From contig MEDY01000318.1 of the NCBI GenBank assembly GCA_001724265.1, positions 1-64,000 on the forward strand: 64,000 bases of DNA, written 5' to 3'. A program made the translations under genes and the position numbers. This stretch comes from Rhizaria sp. SCN 62-66. Taxonomy: Eukaryota. Shown in pieces: positions 36,501-48,000 of the stretch. The notes under the pieces are model-generated. The model worked only from the letters and a program-made list of their open reading frames with translations, was not told where the DNA came from and searched no databases. The stretch's first letter is position 1, and every line of letters starts with the position of its first letter.

Positions 36501-39500
36501 CTGCGGCGCGTTCGCTTTCTGCAGCACGGAGCGCACGGAGACTCTGAGCAGCCTCTTGTAACGCAGTCGTAAGCTGGGTCTGTGCAGTTGCAACAGCAGC
36601 CTCAAGCTCAGCCACACGCAACCGCAGTGTCAAAAGCATCGACTCTGCATTCGCCTGCTGCGCCAGCGCAGCAGTTGTTTGCGATTGAGCCTCCGTCTTC
36701 GCGACAACAGCGTCATTGGCAGCAATGAGCGCATCCTTGAGCTTTGTGTGGAGTGCTGAGATTTCGCTGCGCACCGCGTCAGCCTCCGCGCGGAGTGCAA
36801 TAACATCGGCGCAAAGTGACTCGACGTGACCGCTTGTCGCACTGCGCCCGCCCTCAGCAGCAGCAGCGTCAAGCCGGGCAGCTGTGGCCTCATTCCGCGC
36901 GAGCACAGCCTCAGCGCGCGCAGCGGCCTCGCTCTCACGCGCCGCTGCAGCTTCACTGTGCGCCGTGTTGGCGTCATTGCGCGCTGCAGCTGCGTCCTCC
37001 CGCGCAGCGGTGACGGCACCGCGGGCCTCCGCGGTTTCAGTGCGCGCTTGCGCCAGCGCTGCCGCCGCGGTCTCGGCATCAGCCCGCGCGGCAGTCACAG
37101 ACGCGGCAAGCGCGCTTTGCAGCTCTGTAACGGCGTCACCAGCGGCAGAGAGTTCAAGCGCGAGCGCGGACTGCTCAGAACCCCATTGCGCGCGTTCAGC
37201 ATCTAGCTGCGCCTCTAAGTGCGCACGGCGCTGATCTAAGTGGTCCGCTAAGTACTGGAGGTTTGCAAGATCGGACTGCAGTTGCGCGCATTGCTGCTGA
37301 AGCTGAGAACGCTCAGTTACCCAGGAGAGCTCACGATCACGATCACGGTCACTGCGCTCACGCTCACGGTCATCACGGAGCATAGCCAAAGCGAGCTCTG
37401 TCGCAGATGAGTCGTTCTTCACCGTGTCACCCAAGTTCGCTGTCGTCGGTAACGCCGACGCAGAGGTTGCAAGTAAGAGAGCGTGCGCAGACCGGAGTGC
37501 GGTTAGCTCCGCAGTTGTGTCAGCGAGCTGTGCTACAGAGGCGCTATGATTGCTTTGTAAATTTGCAAGCGCGGCAGCAAGCTCAGCCTCCTTCTGCGCA
37601 GTGTTCCCGTTGTTGGTGGCAATGATGCTCTTAGCATTGTTAACCGCCTTAATGGCATCAAGCTCCTCAACGAGACTTGCGCGTTCAGCCTTGATCTCGT
37701 CAAGCGCAGTCTCTAGGGCAGTCCGCTCTGCTTTTGCAGCAGTCTCAGCAACAGTCAGCGTACTATCGCGCTCTTGTTGTACCTTGTCACAGACACTGCG
37801 AAGCAGCTCACAGTTGCGTTGAACTTGTTCGAGATCGGCAACAGCCTGCACACACTCCGTCTTGGCAACATCACGCTCGACGACAGCAGTATCACGTTCT
37901 TTCACTGCAGCATCGCGCTCTGTAAGTGCGCTGTCACGCTCAGCAGCGATCGTGTCACGTTCAGCAATAGCGGCGTCGCGCTCAGTCACTGCAGCGTCGC
38001 GGGAAGAGAGTGCAACAGCACAGTCTACATGAACGCTTTCGTTCTCAGCCACAGCAGCGTCACGCGCTGCAGTCGTCTCGCCGAGCAATGTAAGTAGCTC
38101 TTGGCACTTGGAGGTCGCCTCGTCGCGCTCTTGCTCTGCACTTGCACGCAAAGTTTCGCTATTTGCAAGACTCTTCTCTGTATCCAGACACTTCTTCTCG
38201 AATTCACTACACATCGATTGCAGAACTTCGCACTTTGAGCGCATCTCATCACACGTGGCTGCTAACTCGTCGTGCTTTGACTGCTACAACTCACTTTGAC
38301 TTTGAAGAGTCTTGTTCTCAGCCTGACACTCGGTTGCCTGAGCGAGCAGTGCATCGCGTTCTGACTTCAAACATGCGTTTTCGGATTGCAGAAAGTTGTA
38401 CTGCGCCTGTAGACTTTCGCATTCCGAGGAAACACCAGAGGCTGCCTGCAGTGCCAATTGCAATTTCTGCATCAGCGATGCAGCCTCAGCCACAGCTGCT
38501 TCCTTTTCAGCAGTGAGAACCGCTAAAGCTGCTGCCGATCGAGTGTCCGCCTTAAGAGCAGCCTCAGCCGCAGCCGCATTAGCGGTCACAACAGCTTCAG
38601 CGACCGCAGCAGCAACTGCGTTAGTGACAGCAACACCGTGGGCTTCGTCAGCCTCAGCTGCAGCTGTAATCGCAGCCGCAGCGGCGTCAGTTGCAGCCTG
38701 CAGGCGCACAGACTCGCTCTCCTCAAGCGCGGCCTGACTTTGCTTCAGCGCGGCTTGAGTCTCGCGAAGTGCAGCCTGACATTTCTGCGACTCATGAGCT
38801 TTCTCATGCGCCGCGGCTTGACTTTGCTGCAGCGCGTTGTCCTTCGCAGCAGCAACCTCTTCCCACTCAGCCTACGCAGCGGCATGACTCTCGCGCAACG
38901 CGGCTTGACTTTCGCGCCACTCAGCGATAACTTCACTCCACTGTGCCTCACGCTGCGCAGCCGCCTCCGCCGCCTCAGCCGCTGCTTCAGCAGCTGCTTG
39001 CACGGCGGCCTCGGCTGCTGCCTGCGCAGCAGCCTCGGTCTGTACCAACGCGGCTTCGTTGTCGTACAACGCCTCTTTGGTCTCTGCCAGCGACGCCTGG
39101 CACTGCGTCAGCGCGGCTTGGCTTTGCTCCAAGGCAACGTGAATGTTTTCCTGCTCAACGTGAGACTGGTCCAACACGGCTTGACTTTCCGCAAACGCGG
39201 CGTGACTTTCCTCCAGTGCAAATTGGGTGTCATCTAGTTGCGCGCGCATGCGTGCGAGTTCTGCCTCCGCGCCCTGCTTGGCAACCTGACATTCATCGAA
39301 CGCGGCTTGACTTTCCGTGACGGCCTGTTTCATCTGCGCATGCGCGGCCCGCATCACCCCATGCGCCTCAGTCAATGCGACATTCGCCCTCTCCATCTGC
39401 TCACAGTCGTTTTCCGCTTGCGCCATCCGCCGTTCCGCACGCACAGCCCTCGCATTCGCACGCCACGTTGCCATGGTGATCGCCAGTCGCGCGCGAGCCC

Positions 39501-42500
39501 GCGCCGCCGCCACAGCAGCGCCAGCCGCGCAGCTCGCCGCGCCAGCCGCCGCGCCAGCCCGCGCCGCGCGGACGACTGCAGTCTGCGCGCGCCAGCGACC
39601 GAGCAACCGCGCCGCCGCGGCCCGCGCCCGCCCACGCGCGCACACGTCGGCAATGGCGTCGTCGCGCGCTCGCGTTTCAGCACCGCGCGCGTTGTGGCGC
39701 CACCGCCGCAGCGCGTTGGCCACTGCGGCACGCTCCGCCTTAAGCGTGGCATTCGTCGCGATAACCGCAATTGCAGCGGCAGCGCGCTCTTTGCGCAGTG
39801 CATCCGTTGCAGCGGCGACGACTTGCGCGCCAGCGACTTCGCGCGATAACGCTTGCCACCGCAGCAACGTGCGCTGCTGCCGGCGCGCAACAGAGCGGGC
39901 CAGCGTGGCCGCTAGCGCACGCGCTCCCGCGGCTTGGCGCTGCTGTGCAGCAACCTCGGAGGCTTCGGCGGTCTCAGCGCTAGCGCCAGCAAGTGCGGAG
40001 AGAGATCGCCACTGCAGCAACGCACGGTGCGCCTGCCGCGTCTCACAGCGCCGCACAACAATGCTAACTGCCCGGATCAACGCAGCTACACCAGTATCAC
40101 GCGCACGCTGCTGCTGTTGCGCGCTCCGCTCCCGCTCGCTTGCCACAGCCGCTACCGCCGCTTTGGCGCGAATATGCTCGCGCCAACGCGCTAGCCCAGT
40201 AAGCAGTTGTTTCGCGCGCGACTTGTCAAGGATCCGCGCAAGAGTCGCGGTGCGGGCCACAGCAAGCACGTCACGCCGGGTCCGTTGCGCGGCCGCAGCG
40301 GCGCGCCAGAGCCGGAACCCGGTCACCCGCAGCGCAGCTTCACGCGCGCGCGCCAACCCCGTCGCGTGCGCGTCACGCACCGCGGCCAGCGCGGCCGTGT
40401 CGCGCGCAGCCGCTTCAGCGCGCACGCGCTCGGTGACCGCGCTCGCTGCGTGCGCGCGCCAACGGCGCAGTGCGGTTGCGAGTGCGCGCGCGCGACGAGC
40501 GCGTTGTAGTAGAGCAGCGGCGGTGGCTATGGCGCGGACACTGTGAGTGAGTTGCCGCCAGTGGCCGAGCGCGGTGACAGCAGAACAGCGCGTGCGGCGA
40601 GCGGCGGCGGCAGAGAGCGCGCGCGTGAGCGCAGTAACTGCACTGCTGCGGGCCGCTGCGGCAGTGGAAGCTTTTGCTTGTGCTGTAGTGCGGGTCTGTG
40701 TCACTGCACGCCAGTGTGCAAGGCCGCGCGAAAGAGATTTGACCTTGCTTGTGAGGGTGATCGCGGAGACGACTGTGAGAAGGGCGCGTGCAGACACCAG
40801 AGTGACTGGTGCCGGGAGTGAGACTACTACGGTCGACGGCGGGTAAGGGGCAAGAGCCGGGGCGCTTAGAACGTGAGGCGCGATAACCGTGAGCACGCTC
40901 GTAGTCGCAGCTGCAGCGCCATCGCCGTCGCCGTCGTCGTCTTTGTCACTGAAGTCACTGTAAGTGGCACGCGTTAGCGTCTTGATGTTGTTCGCGGGCA
41001 GAGCTACGGTGCGACTGCGAATCCCAGCGTCATCGTTGCTGTCTTCGTCACTACTGGAGTGGTGGACACCACGTGCACGCATCGATTTACGACCACTGCG
41101 AAATACCGCTTTAGACTGCAATTGAGGGCGGGCATCAGAGTCTGAGTCCGTCGGCAGTGTAGTGGAGACAAGAGGGCGGTGCAAAAGCGCACGCGCACGC
41201 ATCAGTGCACTGACAGCGTCCCCATCTCCGTTGCTCACAGTCGCACTGTCACTGCTCAGGGTCATCACGCCCCGCAAGTCGTTCTTTGCTGTAGCTCCGC
41301 GGTTGCTGTCGGTGTCACTGTCCGAGCTAGGACCGTCAGAGTGAGAGTGGCCGTGCGCAGGGTGTGGCTGCACTGTTCCAGTTACGCTGTCAAAGCTGCC
41401 CCCGGAGACCAGGTTGGCGGTGGGCAATGTAGGCATCGCGACAGTGCTGGCGGCAGGGCTTGGGGCAGTACGACTGCCAAAGCTTGCAGCAGCAGCAGCA
41501 CTGGTGCGGCCCAACTGTGTAGCCTGCTGATTTGGGGCAGCACTGTGTGTCTCAAGCTCTTCAACATTATTCTCGTCGTCATAGTCATCTTGATTATGAC
41601 CTGCGCCGTAACTAACGTGATCATTCGCGTCCATAGTGTTCGTGCTAGAGTCTCTCTTCGTTGGCAGATAGTTGAAGCTCGCTGCAGATGGACCGTGGCC
41701 GTGACTGTAAGCACCAGGAGCTGCGGCGTTCACAGCATTTGCGCTGATGACAGCAGGTGGGACCGAAAGAGGCCGCGGGGCTGTGAACGCATGCGACGCC
41801 ATGGTGCTTAGACTATGCAAGGGCTTGTTCCCAGCGCCAGCACCAAGGTTGCGCTTCTGAACAGTCGCTGCAGCAACATGGACTGAGGTGGTAGCCGCAA
41901 TGTTCGCTTTCGCTGCAGCACCTTTAGCTGTGTAGCTAGGCGGTGTGAGGGGCGTAGGCGAGGAGAAGTAAAGCTCCCGCACTGTCGGAGTTGCGCCGCC
42001 CACAGTCACTTCCCCCTTAGATGTCGGCGGCAACGCAGCGCGACGCTTATCGTCCACATCAAAGCGGCCAGGGGTACTTACATACAGGGCACTTACATCC
42101 TGTGGAGTAGAGTTAGAAGCAACGTCATATCCGTGGTCGTGGCAGTGGGCGGCGACTGTAGCAGCAACGGCACGGGCAGCGGCGGCGGTCTCTGCCGCTG
42201 CAGCTGCGACTTGGGCAGCAGCGGTCGCCTCGCCAGCGGCGGCGGCCTAACTTTCCTTTGCTGAGTCGGCAAGGTGATGGATAGCGTGCATTGCCTTCGC
42301 GAGCGCAGCGCTAGCAGCACGCGCGGTGCGATTGTCCCGCTGGTGACTATGAGCACTGCTGGTCGCGGTGGCGGTCGCGGTGGAGGTCATGTCACTCTCA
42401 CTATCGTTTGTCGCGTCAGTATGGGAGTCGTCAACGCTCTGTGTGTCCGCAGCGTTATTGCCGTTCCCACCACCGCGAGTGCGATTCGTAGCGTTGCTAT

Positions 42501-43407
42501 TGTTGCCGCCACGGCGACGACGCTCACGGCCAGCCCGCAGCGCGTGTACCTGTGAGCGAACCTGTGACTGCAAGTGTGACTGCAAACCAGAGGTACTCAT
42601 GAGTCGCGGTCGCGGCACTGTGGGGAGAGCGGGCGGCGGTGGCGGGAGCGGCGCGTAGATTGCAGCCGCTTCCGCCTCAAAGTCCTGCCGTGACGGTCCA
42701 AACTGCTGATGTTGCTGCTGTTGCGGGGGGAGTGGTAGTCCCGTTATCACACCTGTATTGTGGCCGTGAGCGTGACTTTGGCCGTTGCCGCGAGCGTGTA
42801 AAGATATGTCGCCAGTACTCACAGTAACGGCGCCAGGCGCAACAGTAAGCGTGATCCCGTCACCACGAGCACTGCTCGTTGGAGAAACAGATACTGCATG
42901 AGGAACAGTGGTTGAGGGCGCGGCAGGACCATACGTCACGCCGACAGCGCTATCACTCGCGCTGTCATCGCTCTGCAACGCCCCACGCTGCGCATCAGCG
43001 CTCCCGGCAGCCACAGCGGACGCGGAACGCGCAGCGGCAGACAACTGCGGACGCTTCGAGTGCACGCGCACGCGCACACGCGCTGCGTGCGCTGCGCCTG
43101 ATGCCAGTCCGAGGCGCGCGGCGTCAAGCACCGCAAGAGCGCCAGCGGCGGCGCGGGACGTGTCCGACTGTGCCGTCGAGGCCGTGGGAAGTGACGCAGC
43201 AATGCCGGGTGCAAGCGGGTTGAAGGGCACACTGGAGGCACAGGCAGTGATGGTGGCGGGCGGCGGACGCGCAGAGAGCAGTTGTGGTGGCGGGGGATCA
43301 AGGCCGAAGGGCGCGGGAGCCAGAATAGGGCTGGGGGTGAGGCCCGGGGCTGGGGTGGTCATTGCACGGGTGCTATACCTCGCGAAAAGCGCGTGCTGCG
43401 GGTGCAT
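33523..43407 (-). CDS. Giant (~3294 aa) protein with Sfi1-like LxxWR repeats and a long coiled coil, read through three in-frame TAG codons
   Basis: ORFs 42247-43407, 38872-42057, 38284-38709 and 33523-38244 share one frame. They are separated only by TAG at 42247-42249, 38872-38874 and 38284-38286, and the linking codons are open and of the same composition. Stop TAA at 33523. Confidence 0.8.
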
Positions 43408-45083
43408 TTAAGACCGAGTGCTGAACACACGGGGCAGGACGTGCGCGGAGGCAAATATTTGGACGTCTGAAAGAAGCTGGGAAAGGGGGATTTTGACCGA
43501 GAGACGGCCGAAGTTAGACGTTTGTTTCTGGTCAATTCAATAATAAAATTAAATGTAAATTAAAGAGGAAACTTTACTTTTCAAATTAATCGCTCATTGA
43601 CGATGGGTGTGTCTCATTCGACGAAATAAATGTTTGTCGCGCGTTCAATGCGCCTCATCAATCGCCACAACAACGCAGCGGCAGGTTCAGTATGCTAAAA
43701 TGTTTTTTGACTGCTTGTCCACACGATATGATTTGGCTCTGCATTGCTGGACTTTGATATATTGTTTGTCAGGTGTGTATCCACCTTGAAGCACTGAAAT
43801 GTTACTTAAAAGACTGATTGTACTGACGGAATATATGCAGTAGAATTCTAACATCTCACCCTCAGTCACATATTTGTGTTGCGCAGGAGCCGGACATGCT
43901 CCTCGAAGGTCTCTCTCGTCATCATAGCGCTGCTGTTCAACTCAAAAATACACTAGGCGGCGCATCCATGTATTTCGCCTTGTTTTGCGGAGCGTATGCG
44001 TGGTGCAACATATTCTACCTTGTTCATATCAGTTGTGTCTCTTCCCTTCTTCGAGTGTTTTCTGCATCGTCGTGTTCATCACCTGTGCTAAGACTGTTAT
44101 ATGCAACGAGCGAGTTGTGTTGGCATCAGCGCATGCGACTGCGGCCCCGGCGGCGAGTGCAAGAAGAGCAATCCGCTTCCTCGTTTTCCTCCTGGTCATT
44201 GTCGTCACGCGCGCTCTTCTTGCATATAATTGAGTTTGGCCGAGGATTAGCTCAATACATATGGATATGTATTTGTAAGACAGAAACAACATATAATATA
44301 CATCTGAGTTGCATCTTCCGTACACTGACTCTTTAAGTCATCGCTAGTGGCCACAATATGGAAATGTTTGCAGGATATGGGAGCAACGCCGATATATCGC
44401 ATCGACGTTGTCACAACACTATTTTTAAACAAAAACAACAGTAATATAAACTACGGCCACTGACACAAGTAACACATAAAGTGTGATACAGTGATGTTGA
44501 CGCGGAATGAGCATAAAATAACAAACTTACAGCACTGATCTGTAGCATTAATATCATCCGTGCAACTTGGCACGACACAGATAAGGAAACAAATATTCTT
44601 GGGACAGAAAAAACAACAACTAACAGCAACATAAACATGCTATCATATAGCAACACATTTAGCATGCGCAACGAAAGAAAACAATCAAATGACTCAATTA
44701 AGAATCGAAAGCAGACGAGCACACGTGCGTGTGCGCGCCTGTCGCTACTGCAAAGGGTCAGTCGACCAAGTGCGTCAACAACTATGTTGTACACACATTG
44801 CGATAATCGCAATGAAGCAATGATGTGTTGATTCGTAACCAATACTCACAGCTCACACTCGAGCGTTTCAATAAAATCTAATGAAAGGATAAGTTTGCTT
44901 GAAGTGGCAATAAAAAAAAAAAACTAACCTACTTTAAACTTTAACATGAAAAAAAAAAAAACTTATGGGGGAAAATACATTGTGACAATGTGTGTTTACA
45001 ACCAGCTATTGTTCAACCCACACTTGCCCAAACAAGGGACTCATACAAAAATTAGAATAATAGGTTGGATTCGATACATAGAC

Positions 45084-48000
45084 TTAAACATCGTAGCCGG
45101 TCCCGGTGGCAGTCATCTCAAGGTCGGCACTCTTGGCTTCCGTGCCTTCCTTAAAGCTAGAGTTCGAGAAGCACCAAAGCTTCTTGTAATACAAAAAGAT
45201 CACGATGCCAGCAATGATGAGGAAGCCGCCGACGCCAACGACAACGCCTGCAATTATGTCAGCGTCATTACTGCCACCAGTGCTGCTGTCCGTCTCCTCA
45301 CCAGAACTCGCCTCAACAGCACCAGTGCCAGTACTCGCGGGCAAGCCCTCGCAGGACGAGCCGCACGCGTCATCGGTGATGCCGACGTTGGTCGCGACAG
45401 CCGTACTCATCGTCGTGGTCGTGATCGCCTGGCCAGCACTCAACGCGTCCGTAATCGCCTTGAGGGCCGCGTACGTGTCAGCCATCTCGGCGGAAACTGC
45501 CTGCGCAGTGAAACGCGCGGCGGACGGAGGACGCAGGCGCGCGAGGTGCGAAGCAAAAGCGACGGGCAGCGCACCAGCCTGTTGGCTATCGTCGTTGCAG
45601 TCGGGGCCGGCGTTGATGAGAACATTGACAAAGTTCCCACTCTTGGTGGAGACGCTGCGCACGCTGGCGATGGAGTAAACAACAGTGGTTTTGCCACCGA
45701 GCGTCCTGGCATCTGCCTTGAGCGCGGCCGACCACAGGGCAAGCTGTGCGGCCTCAGTAGACGTGCCGAGGAAAGGCAGCGCAGACCTGGGGAACACGAG
45801 GTGCAGGTTAGCAAAACGGCAACCGCAGTTGTCGTCCTTGTAACCAGGCTTGCACTTGCACTTGCACTGGGACGAGATAGAGCCAGAAGTTCCCATCATC
45901 GAGCACGAGTTCTTGCACGTGTTGCAAGTATCACCGCCAAAGGGCGAACTCGTGGGGCAGGTGCACTTCTCAGCACACTTGACAGTACTAGTTGTCTCGT
46001 CATACACTGAGAGCGGAAGGCCGCCGTTGTAGCAAGTCAGAGTCGCGCAAGCACCGGTGTCAACAGCCTCGTTACACAGCGCGCCCTTGAAGAGCGCAGT
46101 CGTGCCGTCGGTACCGGTGCGGCAGTTGCACTTAGCCTGGTCGTCCTCGACCGTGCAGCTTGCGGTGTTGACGCTGTTGCACGCGGCGCCCGCGCACGGT
46201 GAGACGGAGCAGTCAGAACCGGACCACGCACCCTTGCACATACACTGGCCCGAAGTATTGTCGCACGTGCCGCCGTTGGCGCACGAGTGCGACAGACCTT
46301 CCGCGGGGTCACAAAGCGAGTAAACCGTGACGGAGGCCGACAATGTCACGGATGTCGAGTAGAACACAGCCACGGTGTACGTGCCGGGAGAGAGACTGTG
46401 CGTGGCGGCGCTGATTGAAGTGGAGAGAGCGCCGATGGCGATCTCTTCAATGAGAGAAGGAATCGAGTATCCAGGCAGTGTGAGGAGCACGGAAACCTTA
46501 GCGCCAGCGACGGCGGCCGCGTTAGTGGCCCAAGCAACGTCAATGGCGCGAGTGGTCTTGTTCCATGCGACAGTGAGCTCTGAAAGCTTGATGGAGCTGC
46601 TACACATTGCGCCAAAGTAACCGGCATTGCAAACGCACGTGGCGAGCACGTTGTCGTACGTCGTGTCGCCCACCTTGAACGACTGGTTGCCAGTACATGT
46701 ACCACCGTTAGTGGCGCAAGTCGCCTCAGGCGTGTCGCAAGTAACGTAGGCAGGAGGCTTGCTTGCTGTGTCACAGAGGTACGCCGCCGCAGCCACCTTG
46801 CTTCCAGACGCGTTCACGAAGGCGCAGTCCGAGGTCTGCGTGCGGATCGACTTGCACAGCGGCGCAGTCGAGGTGGCGCACGTGGCCGACTGCGTGATCC
46901 TCCAGCTTGCGGGCTTGGTGCAGTCAGTTGGGACATTGGCGCACGCTTGGGTGAGTGATAGCGAAGCATCCGTGCACAGAGCACTGTCAACAGTGGCGCT
47001 CGACGCGGTATCGTAACATACACCAGTGCGTGTGGCGGCACCGCACGTGACAACCTGGTTGTTGATGTAGCACTGGTCCTCAGTGTTGAACTTCATAGCG
47101 CACGTCTCGGTGTTTGATCCACACGCCTTCTTCAGCACAGGCGGGTTCTAAGAGACTAAAGAAGGGCAGAGGGCCCCGATGTCAGTGGTGCTCGTCGAGT
47201 CGGCAACGCACACAGCAATGCGCTCCACCGATGGGTTGGTGTGGCAACCGGAGGAGCTGGCGCAGGCGCTATACCCACCGTTGTTGACACAATCAACCGC
47301 GGTGTTTGTGGTGCCGGCTGCGTAGCACTTCCACATAGCATTCGGGCACGAATTGTCGGTGCAAGACAGCGTAAGCGTCGGCTTGGCAGTGGCGCACTTG
47401 GCAGTATCAGCGGTGGCCTTGTACGCGTTGTTGTTAAGACGCGAGCAGTAAGGTGCATTCAGGGGGCGAGTGCCTGTGCCGCAGTTGTTGCTGCAGGTAG
47501 TGCTGAACTGCGTGGCGTCTGAAGTCGAGCACACAAGGCCTTCGGCAGCAGCGCCGTTGGAAATGCCCGTGCAGCGCCAGTCGTAAATGCAGGCGAGGCC
47601 GGGGGTCTCGAGCGAGGAAAAGCCCGCAGCAAGATCCATTGTGATGGTGCCAACCTTGGCAGGCACAAGTGTGGCAGAGCGGTCGCAGTCGTCTGTCACA
47701 GCAAGCGTCAGCGAGAACTGCAGCGAGCCCTCGGCAGTGGGCAGCTTGTCACTCAGCGGGATCGTGATCACGCCACTCGCAATATGGCCGGTGATCGTAA
47801 TCGCGGTAAAGCTATGAGAACTCGCGGTGACACTGATGGGCAGCTCGGAGTTGTCGCTGTAAAGGGCAGCAATAGAGCTGGTAAGCGTAATCTTGCCTTC
47901 AGCCGCGCCTTGCTGGAAGGTGAAGTAAGAAAGCGCAAGAGTGAGGGCCGAAGTGGTGACAGAACTCTTGGTAACCTTAACGCCAGTCACTACAGTGCAC

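Noticed and set aside
35340-39320. Repeated GCGGCTTGACTTT units resembling a CRISPR or DNA repeat array
   Set aside because: They encode the (E/Q)SQAA heptads of the coiled coil, with irregular spacing in a eukaryotic coding context.
43896-44336. Short ORFs between the two giant genes
   Set aside because: No recognisable motif or consistent frame. Possibly a decayed fragment, but unsupported.
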